Shown piece by piece: positions 10,351 to 20,453 of a stretch of DNA of 64,000 nt. The notes under the pieces were generated by a model, which was given only the letters and a program-made list of their open reading frames with translations, had not been told where the DNA came from and did no database searches. Where the stretch lies: NCBI GenBank assembly GCA_002009975.1, contig MTLP01000002.1, forward strand, positions 34,795 through 98,794, written 5' to 3'. Position 1 is the first letter of the stretch, and each line of letters opens with the position of its first letter. The position numbers and the translations under genes are program-made. The DNA is from Thermococcus sp. JdFR-02 (GTDB lineage: Archaea; Methanobacteriota_B; Thermococci; Thermococcales; Thermococcaceae).

Positions 10351-11056
10351 GAGCTGGGACGAAAAGAAGGAAAGAGCAGTTAAAATCGTTAAGAAGCTCA
10401 TGAAAATGTATCCAAGAGGGACAATGGAGAAAATTCTGCATGGAGACCCTTATTTCACTTTGATTCGGTGTATAATATCTCAAAGGAATAGGGATGAGGT
10501 AACAGACAGAGTAAGCAAAATTTTATTCAAAAAATATCCAACAATGGAAGCTTTAGCTGCTGCAAAAGCGGAGGAAATTCAAGCACTTTTGAAAGAAAAT
10601 GGCGTCGGTCTTTGGAAGACGAAGGGTAGATGGATTGTAGAGGCTTCAAGGATTTTGCTTGAAAAGTATAGAGGTAAAGTTCCAGACACTCTTGAAGAGC
10701 TTGTGAAATTGCCTGGTATTGGGAGAAAATGTGCAAATATAGTTTTAGCATATGGATTTGGAAAGCAGGCTATCCCAGTTGATACTCACGTTCATAGAAT
10801 AAGCAAGCGCTTAGGCTTAGCACCTCCGAAATCATCCCCAGAGAAGGTTGAAGAGCATCTAAAGGAACTAATCCCGAAAGAACTATGGATTTATGTTAAC
10901 CATGCAATGGTTGATCACGGAAAGACTATTTGTAAGCCAATAGGTCCAAAATGTGGTGAATGTCCCTTAAATCAACTCTGCCCTTATGCTAAGGGCTTAA
11001 TAAAAGAAGAGGACATTAAAGGAAAGTCCTCAACCAAAAAGAAGAAAAATGCGTAA
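10319..11056 (+). CDS. nth: Endonuclease III (HhH-GPD DNA glycosylase)
   Basis: LPGIGRKCA HhH, PVDTHV, C-X6-C-X2-C-X5-C Fe-S motif. Confidence 0.92.
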   Translation: MTKSSQSFEFESWDEKKERAVKIVKKLMKMYPRGTMEKILHGDPYFTLIRCIISQRNRDEVTDRVSKILFKKYPTMEALAAAKAEEIQALLKENGVGLWKTKGRWIVEASRILLEKYRGKVPDTLEELVKLPGIGRKCANIVLAYGFGKQAIPVDTHVHRISKRLGLAPPKSSPEKVEEHLKELIPKELWIYVNHAMVDHGKTICKPIGPKCGECPLNQLCPYAKGLIKEEDIKGKSSTKKKKNA

Positions 11057-11123
11057 TCCAAAGTTTTATATACCCTTTTTTCTCCTCTTATAAGTTGGAG
11101 AGAGGTGGTGAAAGAGATGGAGA

Positions 11124-12308
11124 GTGAGAACGATGACAGTCCTTTTGGAGCTGAAAGGGAAGCTCAAGGAAACTTACAAGGTAACCTTATTCTCCCTAGT
11201 GGCATCTTTAATCATAGGGTTCTTTGGAGGAACTTTTCTTGGCAAATATTTTGATAAGATACGCTCTTCTTATCCGGGCTTGCTTGTGATTCTTCCTGGA
11301 ATGATGGGTTTGAGGGGAAACGTTTTTGGTTCTATGGCTTCTCGCTTTTCCACTATGCTTTATCTGGGTGACTTAGAACCGAGTTTAAAGGATAAGAAGG
11401 TTTTAAGAAATATCGTTGTTGGGATAATGCTCTCTATGATCCCTGTAACACTCCTATGGAGCATTGGAGTTCTTAAGGGAATTAGGGAGAATGCTTTTGA
11501 AATTTTTCTGATAGTTATAAGTTCAACGGTCTTTGTATCTATACTCTTAGGGTATTTTACAGCTTTTGTAACCATCTTCACCTTTAAGAGAGGGACAGAC
11601 CCAGATAGCATTGCTGCGCCTTTAGTGGCTTCAATGGGTGACTTGCTAACTATTCCATCCCTTATAGCTTTTATTCTGTTTCTGGAATATAGTGTAAAAG
11701 AATTCTGGCTCTCAAACTTGGTTTTAATTGCCACATTTGTCGTATTAATTAGAATAAGCAGAATTAGATGGGGAAAGCTTTTTGAATTTAGAGAAATTTT
11801 CATAACAATAACACTCTTAGCTCTACTCTCAACGATATCTGGAGGTCTCCTAGAGCATTACAGTGATGCGATTCATAAGTCTATCTTGCTCAGTTTTGCA
11901 TATCCCTCTCTCTTAAGCAGTTTTGGAAACTATGGTTCCGTAATTGCTGCCAAGACATCTACAAAGCTTCATTTAGGTGAGATAAACAAATTCCTTTCGC
12001 TTGATCCATTTTTGGACATATTATCTTTATTCACAACTACCCCTTTAATTGGACTCCTAATAAATATTTTCAGTATTTTAGTTGCCAAGCTGGTTTTAGG
12101 GGTTAGCATTAAGCCAATATTCCTCCTTGCATTGACCTACCCATTTATGGCTCTTTTCATAATGCTCTTTTCTTATTCCCTCTCATACGTTCTTTTTATG
12201 AAAAACATAGACCCAGATAATGTTGCAATTCCCTTGATAGCAACAAACAGCGATATATTAGGAACAATTTATGCAGTATTTGTTGCTAAGTTAGTGATAG
12301 GAGGATGA
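11124..12308 (+). CDS. MgtE-type divalent cation transporter (duplicated membrane domain)
   Basis: GLRGN...DPD..A.P....GD motif occurs twice. Confidence 0.8.
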   Translation: MRTMTVLLELKGKLKETYKVTLFSLVASLIIGFFGGTFLGKYFDKIRSSYPGLLVILPGMMGLRGNVFGSMASRFSTMLYLGDLEPSLKDKKVLRNIVVGIMLSMIPVTLLWSIGVLKGIRENAFEIFLIVISSTVFVSILLGYFTAFVTIFTFKRGTDPDSIAAPLVASMGDLLTIPSLIAFILFLEYSVKEFWLSNLVLIATFVVLIRISRIRWGKLFEFREIFITITLLALLSTISGGLLEHYSDAIHKSILLSFAYPSLLSSFGNYGSVIAAKTSTKLHLGEINKFLSLDPFLDILSLFTTTPLIGLLINIFSILVAKLVLGVSIKPIFLLALTYPFMALFIMLFSYSLSYVLFMKNIDPDNVAIPLIATNSDILGTIYAVFVAKLVIGG

Positions 12309-12312
12309 TAAA

Positions 12313-13077
12313 ATGAAGATAGGTGCTTCAACACTTTGCTTGCTTGATAAAAGCTTAGGAGTTGCATTAAACAAGCTGGTACGATACAAATTAGATTTCG
12401 TTGAGATACTCAATGAAGGTTATCACAGCTTAAACAAGTATAACTATCATCTTCATCTTGGATTTTTGGAAAGCTATGGGCTGAAAAATATCATACATGC
12501 CCCTTTTAGCGATGTGAATATTGCATCACTGAATGAGAGGCTTAGAAGACCAATGCTCCAGCTGATTTTTAATACCCTTGAAATAGCTCAAAAAATGGGT
12601 TCCCTTTTAGTCGTGGTTCATCCAGGGCATTTTTCACCTTTAAGCAAGAGATTCCCAAGAACTTATGAGAAAGTTCATAAACGCTCTTTAGAAGAGATAG
12701 ATAGAGTCGCTCAAAAATTGGACATTAAAGTAGGTTTAGAAAACATGCCAGCTTTCCCAATCTTAGATGGATTAACTCCTGAAAGGCTTTATGAGCTGAT
12801 TGATGGAACAGAGCTATACATAACATTTGATGTTGGACATTTGAACACTGTAAACAGTGAATTTGAGGAGTTCATTGACCTTTTGGGAGATAGAATTATT
12901 CACGTCCATCTGCACGACAATGATGGAAAAAATGATAATCACTTACCGTTGGGTGAAGGGAGCATAGATTGGAATGCTCTGATAAGAAATCTTCCAAAGA
13001 ATGTTACTTGGGGCATTGAAATGGAAAGTTTGAGAGATTTAGAGAAGAGCTTGAAATATCTGCAAAGCCTTGTTTAG
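12313..13077 (+). CDS. Sugar phosphate isomerase/epimerase (AP endonuclease 2 TIM barrel)
   Basis: HAPFSDVN, HPG, LENM, FDVGH, HLHDNDG. Confidence 0.82.
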   Translation: MKIGASTLCLLDKSLGVALNKLVRYKLDFVEILNEGYHSLNKYNYHLHLGFLESYGLKNIIHAPFSDVNIASLNERLRRPMLQLIFNTLEIAQKMGSLLVVVHPGHFSPLSKRFPRTYEKVHKRSLEEIDRVAQKLDIKVGLENMPAFPILDGLTPERLYELIDGTELYITFDVGHLNTVNSEFEEFIDLLGDRIIHVHLHDNDGKNDNHLPLGEGSIDWNALIRNLPKNVTWGIEMESLRDLEKSLKYLQSLV

Positions 13078-13341
13078 ATTTTAAAGCTAAATTGTCCGGA
13101 CTTTACTTTTGTAAAGCTTTATCTCAGAAATACAATATTAATAAGAACTGTACCTTTTCAGTAGTCAAGAAGAGTTGGACATTTTTTGCCTAATAAAAGC
13201 ATAGATGTTCTTTTCTAAACATTAAAGCCCATATTTTAAGTGCATAAAACTTTTATAGAGCTAAATAGAAAAATTTCGAATGGAAAGCATTTGTTATCAA
13301 AAAACTTTCAACGAAAGTTTTCAACCAAAGGTGGTGATAAG

Positions 13342-14763
13342 ATGGAGAAACCAAAAATAGTTGAAGAGCTTGAGCCTTTCTTTAATCCTAAGGGTGTCGC
13401 AATTATCGGTGCTACGAATAAAAAAGGAAAAGTCGGTAACGTCATTTTTGAGAACTTTAAAGTGAATAAAGAGAGGGGGATTTTTAAGGGTGAAATCTAT
13501 CCAGTAAACCCAAAGCTTGCTGAAATCGATGGGATAAAATGCTATCCTAACGTTAAGAGCCTCCCAGACGGAGTTGACTTAGCAGTTATATCAATTCCAG
13601 CGCCTTTTGTCCCAAACGTTATGAAAGAAATAGCCGAGAAAGGCATTAAAAGAGTTGTAATTATTACAGGTGGATTTGGAGAGCTTGGAGAAGAAGGAAA
13701 GAAGCTTGAGCAGGAGATTCTACAAATAGCAAAGGAAAATGGAATTAGAATTATTGGACCAAACTGTGTTGGTGTTTATGTTCCAGAGACGGGTGTAGAT
13801 ACAGTTTTCCTTCCAGAAACAAAAATGGATAGACCAACAAGCGGTTCAATCGCCTTCGTTTCTCAAAGTGGTGCATTTGCAGCTGCAATGCTCGATTGGG
13901 CTGCAATGGCTGGAATAGGAATTGGAAAGATGGTTAGTTATGGAAACAAAATTGACGTTGATGATGCAGACTTAATGGAGTACTTCATGTACGACGACCA
14001 AATAAAGGTGATAACCTTATACATTGAGGGAGTTAAGGATGGAAGGAAGTTTATAGAGGCTGCAAAGAGAGTTACACCTCACAAACCAGTTATAGCTTTA
14101 AAGAGTGGAAGAACAGAGTATGGAGCAAAGGCTGCTTCTTCACATACAGGCTCATTGGCTGGAGCAGATGTTATTTACGATGCTGTATTTAAGCAAACTG
14201 GAATTTTAAGAGCTGAGGACTTTGAGCACATGTTTGATATTGCTAAGGCTTTCGCAAAGTGTAAGCTTCCAAAGGGAGATAGAATTGGAATTATCACTGA
14301 TGGCGGTGGAGCTGGAGTTATGGCAAGCGATGCAGTTGCAAAGTTTGGCTTAAAGATGGCTAATCTCAGCGAAGAGACCCTCAAATACTTAAAGGAGAAC
14401 TTCCCACCTCATGCAGTTGCTGGAAATCCAACCGATGTTGTTGGAGATACAGATGCCCAAAGGTACAAAGTTGCAATTGAAGGATTTGTAAATGATCCAA
14501 ACGTTGACGGGATTGTAATAATAACACTATTCCAAGTTCCATTGCTTGATGAAATGGAGCTAATTGAAATTTTAGCCGATTACGCAAAGAAGAGTGAAAA
14601 ACCAATTATTGCAGTTGCTATGGGTGGTAAAAAGACAGAATATTATGCAAAGATTTTAGAAGACAAGGGAGTTCCAGTTTACCCAACCCCCGAGAGAGGA
14701 GTTAGAGCAATGGCTGGTTTGGTTCAATACGCAAAATATTTGGAGAAGGTTGAGGGGGAATGA
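13342..14763 (+). CDS. acdA: ADP-forming acetate-CoA ligase, alpha subunit
   Basis: IGPNC, SQSG, SHTGSLAG phospho-His motif; start placed at ATG 13342 after GGTGGTGA. Confidence 0.9.
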   Translation: MEKPKIVEELEPFFNPKGVAIIGATNKKGKVGNVIFENFKVNKERGIFKGEIYPVNPKLAEIDGIKCYPNVKSLPDGVDLAVISIPAPFVPNVMKEIAEKGIKRVVIITGGFGELGEEGKKLEQEILQIAKENGIRIIGPNCVGVYVPETGVDTVFLPETKMDRPTSGSIAFVSQSGAFAAAMLDWAAMAGIGIGKMVSYGNKIDVDDADLMEYFMYDDQIKVITLYIEGVKDGRKFIEAAKRVTPHKPVIALKSGRTEYGAKAASSHTGSLAGADVIYDAVFKQTGILRAEDFEHMFDIAKAFAKCKLPKGDRIGIITDGGGAGVMASDAVAKFGLKMANLSEETLKYLKENFPPHAVAGNPTDVVGDTDAQRYKVAIEGFVNDPNVDGIVIITLFQVPLLDEMELIEILADYAKKSEKPIIAVAMGGKKTEYYAKILEDKGVPVYPTPERGVRAMAGLVQYAKYLEKVEGE

Positions 14764-14767
14764 TTTT

Positions 14768-15475
14768 ATGAAAGATGAAGCTTTGAAAGTTATTAATGAT
14801 GTTTTAGCTCAAGGTAGGAAGGCTTTAGTTGAATACGAGGCTAAGCAAGTTTTAAAAGCCTATGGCTTACCTTTACCAGATGAAAAGCTGGCAAAAACAG
14901 TTGATGAGGCTTTGGAATATGCCAAAGAAATTGGCTATCCTGTTGTCCTTAAACTCATGTCACCACAAATACTCCACAAAAGCGATGCAAAAGTTATTGC
15001 CCTTAAGATAAAAGATGAGGAAGAGCTAAAGAAAAAGTGGGAAGAAATTCATGAGAATGCCAAAAAGTATAGACCTGATGCAGAGATTTTAGGTGTCTTA
15101 GTTGCTCCAATGCTCAAGCCTGGAAGAGAAATAATCATTGGTATAACTGAGGACCCACAATTTGGACATGCAATAATGTTTGGTCTTGGAGGAATTTTCG
15201 TCGAGATTCTTAAAGATGTAACCTTCAGAATTATTCCAATTGAAGAGAAAGACGCTTGGACAATGGTAAAGAGCATTAAAGGTTATCCAATCTTGGCTGG
15301 AGCAAGAGGAGAACCACCAGCGGATATGAAAGCAATAGTCGACATGATGCTTAGAGTTTCCCAACTAGTTAATGACTTGGAGGAATACATAAAAGAGATG
15401 GACTTGAACCCAGTTTTCGTTTACAATGAGGGCGAGGGTGCAGTTATAGTCGATGCAAGGATTATTTTGAAGTGA
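14768..15475 (+). CDS. acdB: ADP-forming acetate-CoA ligase, beta subunit (ATP-grasp)
   Basis: GYPVVLK..SPQILHKSD, FGLGGIFVE, DLNPV. Confidence 0.9.
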   Translation: MKDEALKVINDVLAQGRKALVEYEAKQVLKAYGLPLPDEKLAKTVDEALEYAKEIGYPVVLKLMSPQILHKSDAKVIALKIKDEEELKKKWEEIHENAKKYRPDAEILGVLVAPMLKPGREIIIGITEDPQFGHAIMFGLGGIFVEILKDVTFRIIPIEEKDAWTMVKSIKGYPILAGARGEPPADMKAIVDMMLRVSQLVNDLEEYIKEMDLNPVFVYNEGEGAVIVDARIILK

Positions 15476-15559
15476 TTTTATTCTTTTCTCTTATCTTTCA
15501 ATTGATTAATTACAAGGATATATAGTTTTGTTTTGAGATGTTATATTGAGGTGTAGATA

Positions 15560-16555
15560 ATGCACCTGAGGTATTACGCCCCTTATTATGATAAAGAAAC
15601 TCATGAAAAAATACTAAATTATTTGAAGAACATAAAGAAGGTTCATGATATAGATTATGAAGAAATACCAGTAAAGCCCTGGCCTCCAGAATGGTATTCT
15701 AAAAAAGCCGAAATGTCTGAGGCTTATGTATATGACTACCACCTAAAACCGTATTCAAGTTTGATTTTGTCTAATTGCAACAAGCTAATCCAAATGGGTC
15801 TTAATTTACATTGCGACACAGTTTCTTCTAAATTCAAGAGCAGATCGGGAAATATTTATGTGGCAGGAACAATAGCAGTTGTTGAAAATGATGCAGTATT
15901 ACTAGCTCTGGATTATAAAGATGAAATTTTTGAATTTCTGAAAGCTCTATTGAGAGATGGTTGGAATTTATTAAACGTGCTGGAAAAAACAAAGCCAAAA
16001 ACAATTGTTCCATTAGAGGAAAGTGAAAAAGAAATAAAACGAGCCTTGATTTTTGCCCTTTCAAAAGATTTTGATTATGTTTTTATGAATGTAAGACAAA
16101 ATGCTCCAAGTGGAGATAAGTGGGATCCATTCATAGATTTTTCGCCAGATGCAGACATAATAGCAGTAAATGAAGAAGAGAATCGTATAATAGGGATAGA
16201 GGTGAAAGGATACCGCTCTAATAGGGGATTTACACAAAAGGCGAACATATATGAAGCCATCGGTGAGGCTATGATGTACCTTGTAAATCCATACATAGAG
16301 TACAGAGGAGAAAAGATAGAAGGAAGTATATTTGACAAAGTTTGGCTCTGTTATCCATACAAGAAGGACTTTGAAGACTTCAAAAAGGTAATGAAAATCA
16401 CGCCAATAGGATTGCTTTCAGCTTATGAAGGAGTTGTTAAAGAACCCAAAAAGAATCCTTTTGTTAATGAAAAAGCCAAAGAGATATTCTTGGGAAACCT
16501 GAGCACATTTAGAAGTTATATCCGCGGAGGGAAGAAAATGCACAAAATCATTTAA
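15560..16555 (+). CDS. Uncharacterised N-terminal domain fused to a PD-(D/E)xK nuclease-like domain
   Basis: PDADIIAV...IIGIEVKG...EAIGEAMMY pattern; GAGGTG RBS. Confidence 0.6.
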   Translation: MHLRYYAPYYDKETHEKILNYLKNIKKVHDIDYEEIPVKPWPPEWYSKKAEMSEAYVYDYHLKPYSSLILSNCNKLIQMGLNLHCDTVSSKFKSRSGNIYVAGTIAVVENDAVLLALDYKDEIFEFLKALLRDGWNLLNVLEKTKPKTIVPLEESEKEIKRALIFALSKDFDYVFMNVRQNAPSGDKWDPFIDFSPDADIIAVNEEENRIIGIEVKGYRSNRGFTQKANIYEAIGEAMMYLVNPYIEYRGEKIEGSIFDKVWLCYPYKKDFEDFKKVMKITPIGLLSAYEGVVKEPKKNPFVNEKAKEIFLGNLSTFRSYIRGGKKMHKII

Positions 16556-17568
16556 TTGCTTCTTTCAATATCTTCTTTGCATCTCTTAGTGTTTTTCTAT
16601 CAAATTCTCCTTTCTTTGCAAGGTTAACAAATGCTTCAAATGAGTTTTTAGGCAGAATGTGTTCTAACAGAAAGTATACGCTTCTATACGTCTCTTTTTG
16701 CCGTTCCCATTCGAGCTGATTTAAATAACGTCTAATCTCTCTTTCCCATTGATCGAGGATATCTTCTGTTATGTTATGTCCAAGAATTTCATGAAACCTT
16801 TTAAATTGCCTTCTGTTGATTTTCACACTTTGTTCTGCTTGTTCAAACTTTATAGTTATCTTAAAACTCTTTTCTTTGTTTTTTGTTATCTCATGAGCCA
16901 TCTTATAAAACTCACGATAAAATCGTGTAAAATCGTGAGATGCCTTTGTCCATGTCCTCAACTTTAGCCCAAGAATACATGGAAGAATGAGCTTCACGAT
17001 GGCATTGCCTGCATAAAGTGATTAAATTGTTCGGATTATTATTTAGTCTATCATTATCTATATGGTGTACCTCTAAATATCCATATCCACAATCTGAACA
17101 TCTGTAATTATATCTTTCAAGAATGATTTTGCGGAAGGATTCAGTAGTACTTGTGTGTTCTTTCTCTATTTCTTCTTCAATTTCTCTTACCATCTTTTTC
17201 GTTAATTTGATCAGAATTCTACTTTTAACAGAAAACATGAAGTTATGTGTAATCTCTCTTTGGATTCTATTTTTAAAATTCTCAACAACTTCTTCAAAGT
17301 TAGTATTCACGAGTATTTCGATGGGTTTTTCAAAGAGTTCATTAAAGAAATTCCCAAGAACAGGTTTAATCTCTCTTAGTTTCTTATTTTGGTGAAGTTT
17401 GTAATGACACTGTCTGCATAGAACTATCAAGTTTTCTAAATCCCTATTTTCAACATCTCCATCCTTATAGTGGATATCAAGATAATTGTAATCACAATTT
17501 TGGCACTTATACCCATCTCTTTTCAAAATCTTTTTCCTAATATGGGGTGGTACTCCATCATTTCCCAT
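16548..17568 (-). pseudogene. Double-HNH endonuclease frameshifted by a 10-bp tandem duplication
   Basis: Two CxxC..H....N..L...CxxCH units; TAAAATCGTG duplicated at 16918-16937; removing one copy fuses ORFs 16912-17595 and 16548-16997. Confidence 0.8.
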
Positions 17569-17923
17569 AAACCCTCGCCTTGAATTAATATTCAAAGACG
17601 CTCATCTATTTATTGTGACTGAAAGGTTTTAAGTTTTCTTCCTGAGTGGAGTTATTTGGACTTTCTGGCGTTGATTTGAATGTGGAAATGGTTTTCGGAA
17701 CTAATATCAGCCAAATACGTAGATGAGCGTACGATCTATTTTTGGAAAAAAGGAGCGAGAAGATAGCCAACGAAATCATTAAAAGGGTTAAAGGTACAGA
17801 AAATTGATCTGTAACAACAGTAGTTGTTTTGTGATGCTCCTTCATTTTTGTATCAGGAACACTTAGCAGAATAATTCAACTAAATATCTTTCATTCGAGC
17901 TTTTCTCTTTTTGTGAGTATCCT

Positions 17924-18979
17924 TTACTCACTACATTCTAAGACCTTTGGCTTTTCTCCTAACAACTCTGCAGCAGTTAAAACTCTCTTATTGAGCCTTT
18001 CTCCAGCTTCCCAAACTTCTTTTGTATGCTCCTTAAAGTGAACTTCTCTCGGCAAGTGATGATCATAAATTATTACTTCCGCATCAATGCCCTTCACTAT
18101 CTTCACCGCATTATCTACTGCTCTCCTCAAATTGGTCTTGTTGAGAAGATAACCGAGCATATAAGTCATAGGACCGTCTAAGATGAGCACGTTTGGGTTT
18201 TCTTTAATTATCCACTCCGCATAGTCTTCTATTATTGGACCATTTAAATCGCTCGAATGAATTAGCTTTTCATCTTCATATTCAACCACAGTTGCAAAAA
18301 CCCACCCAACCCTAGAAAACTCAATTCCATGGAATAGAGGGTTTGTAAACCTAACTTTGGTTTCTCCAAATTGAAATTCTCTTCCATCAGCAAAGAAAAC
18401 TTGCAAATTTTTAAATTTCATTTCAGGAATTTTGGGGCTGTTGTTCCACTTTTTAGTTCTATTTTTGAACCATTTGAAACCTTTCTCAAGCAACTGTTTC
18501 CTTCTCACATTATAATCTCCAAAGTCTTTGCTTCTTGCTATGGGAAGTTCATCCATTGGATTTGAGTACTCCTTAGCTTTGGTTTCTTCTATTATGTTCT
18601 CCAATTTTGCGTCTCCAAAATGTTCGCAGAGATTTGAATAAAAAGCCTCAGCCCTCTTCCTTTGTGAATCGTTTATGTATTCGTTTGGATTCTTAGCGAG
18701 GAGTATCTTTCCTCTATAAATCTCCATATTATGGGGAAAGTAGTGGTCGTAGTGATAGTGGGAGATAATGATAACATCAGCTTTTTCGCTTGCTTTTATT
18801 ATCGCTTCTTCTCCCTCAACCAACCACTTGATCTTTTCTTCTTCACTTGCTGGAAAGCTTGGATGCATAACAGCAATTCCTGGATCAATTAGAACTGAAA
18901 CATCTGGAGTTTTAACTAGTACGCAAGAGCTTTTAGCACCTAAAGAATCGAACCATATTGGTCTAAAGGAGAGCTTCAT
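17924..18979 (-). CDS. Metallo-beta-lactamase fold hydrolase (UPF0282-like)
   Basis: DSLGAKS, IDPG, SHYHYDH, DHH. Confidence 0.8.
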   Translation of the reverse strand: MKLSFRPIWFDSLGAKSSCVLVKTPDVSVLIDPGIAVMHPSFPASEEEKIKWLVEGEEAIIKASEKADVIIISHYHYDHYFPHNMEIYRGKILLAKNPNEYINDSQRKRAEAFYSNLCEHFGDAKLENIIEETKAKEYSNPMDELPIARSKDFGDYNVRRKQLLEKGFKWFKNRTKKWNNSPKIPEMKFKNLQVFFADGREFQFGETKVRFTNPLFHGIEFSRVGWVFATVVEYEDEKLIHSSDLNGPIIEDYAEWIIKENPNVLILDGPMTYMLGYLLNKTNLRRAVDNAVKIVKGIDAEVIIYDHHLPREVHFKEHTKEVWEAGERLNKRVLTAAELLGEKPKVLECSE

Positions 18980-18995
18980 GTTATGAAATTACACT

Positions 18996-20090
18996 CTAAG
19001 ATTTAAATCTTAACCTCATCAAAAACACTCCTAAAGCCAAAATCCCAAAAATTCCTACAAATACGAATCCAAGCTTAAAGCCTAGAAACCCAACTACAAT
19101 TGGTCCCAAAGCCTGCCCTATATCCTTTATGCTCTCCAAAAAGCCCAAAGCAGTTCCCTTAAGCTTTGAGATTTCAGTTGCTAATGGTTTGGTTGAGGCT
19201 TCACTTATTGAAGCACCCAAGGAAAATAAAACCGCCCCAGCAATTATGAAGATCAGAGACTTAGAGAAGGCAAGTAAAAGCATGGCTAAGCTAACCAAGA
19301 ACATTCCTAAAGCTATAGGCTTTATCCTCCCAATTTTGTCGCTCAAATAACCAGCATAAGGTTTTACAACTGCCATTATTGAAATCTCTATCGTTAAAAT
19401 TAATCCAGAGAGCCAGGCTTTGTTTTCCAAAAAGTAGAAGAGGGGCAAAAAGGTTTCTATGCTTTGATAAGCCATGTAAACTGAGGCATCTAATAAGCCA
19501 AGCAAAAGCAAATCAAAGCTGAATGAGAATTCAAATCTCCTCAATTCTTTTCCAGCATCTGGAAAAGTGAAGGTTAAAGCGAGAACTATGAATCCAAAGA
19601 GAGAACAAAGAAGAAAAACAATCCAAAAGCCAGCAAAGTAAATTAGAGTTCCAGCCAAAAGAGGTGCAAAAGCTCTTCCTATGAGTGTGGAAGAGCTTAG
19701 AATCCCCATAAACGTGCCTTTCCTCTCTGGAAATAGATCGCTTATTAAAGCCAAAGAAACTGGAACAAATATAGCTGTTGCAATTCCATAGTATGCTCTA
19801 ACTAAAGCTAAAACCAGTGCATCTTTTGCAAGAAAGTAAAGGAGAGGAGCAGAGAAAAACACAAAGCCACTAATCTTTAACAACTTTTTCCTTCCATAAA
19901 TGTCGCTCAAGAGTCCAGAAGCAAAGTTAACAAAGATTCCAGTTATCGTTGATGCTGAAGCAACTAATCCAATTTCGCCCTTTGTTAAGCCTAAGCTTTT
20001 GGCATAGAGTGGTAAAGTTGGGGATTTACTCATTGTTGAGCCGAGTATTGCAAAGAATCCCGCAACTAAGATGAGGTAGAGCTTTCTCAT
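18996..20090 (-). CDS. MFS transporter
   Basis: GLLSDIYGRK and GYLSDKIGR motif A copies; about 12 TM segments. Confidence 0.88.
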   Translation of the reverse strand: MRKLYLILVAGFFAILGSTMSKSPTLPLYAKSLGLTKGEIGLVASASTITGIFVNFASGLLSDIYGRKKLLKISGFVFFSAPLLYFLAKDALVLALVRAYYGIATAIFVPVSLALISDLFPERKGTFMGILSSSTLIGRAFAPLLAGTLIYFAGFWIVFLLCSLFGFIVLALTFTFPDAGKELRRFEFSFSFDLLLLGLLDASVYMAYQSIETFLPLFYFLENKAWLSGLILTIEISIMAVVKPYAGYLSDKIGRIKPIALGMFLVSLAMLLLAFSKSLIFIIAGAVLFSLGASISEASTKPLATEISKLKGTALGFLESIKDIGQALGPIVVGFLGFKLGFVFVGIFGILALGVFLMRLRFKS

Positions 20091-20141
20091 GATTGAAATT
20101 TTGGATGAAAGAAAATAAAAATCTTCTTGAAACTTTTGAGA

Positions 20142-20453
20142 TCACTCCTCTCTAACCGCTCCTCTTTCTTCTTCCTTTTGTCCAAAAAGCCCCACTAAAT
20201 CGTGAATTATTACAAAATCAATCAAAGCACTTATTCCAGAGCTTAAAGAACCAGCCATAAGCATTAAAACAGAGAAAAATAGGTCAAGACCTTTATAGAT
20301 TAGTGTAATCTTCACAATCCTTTTATTCCCTCTAATAAGTCCCCAAGCTAAAAGAAAGTTCAGAACTCCAAAAGCCAAGTAAATGTTCGATTCCTTAGAA
20401 TAATAGAGCAAAAAGAAAGCTTGAAGGAAAAGTAAATAAGCCGCTAACTTCAT
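20142..20453 (-). CDS. Small membrane protein
   Basis: Hydrophobic 103-aa ORF coupled to upstream gene by ATGA overlap. Confidence 0.65.
   Translation of the reverse strand: MKLAAYLLFLQAFFLLYYSKESNIYLAFGVLNFLLAWGLIRGNKRIVKITLIYKGLDLFFSVLMLMAGSLSSGISALIDFVIIHDLVGLFGQKEEERGAVREE

Noticed and set aside
13240-13341. N-terminal extension of acdA in the ORF track
   Set aside because: Covers promoter DNA; the RBS supports ATG 13342.
17606-17845. 79-aa minus-strand ORF
   Set aside because: No RBS or motif; region looks like decayed sequence.
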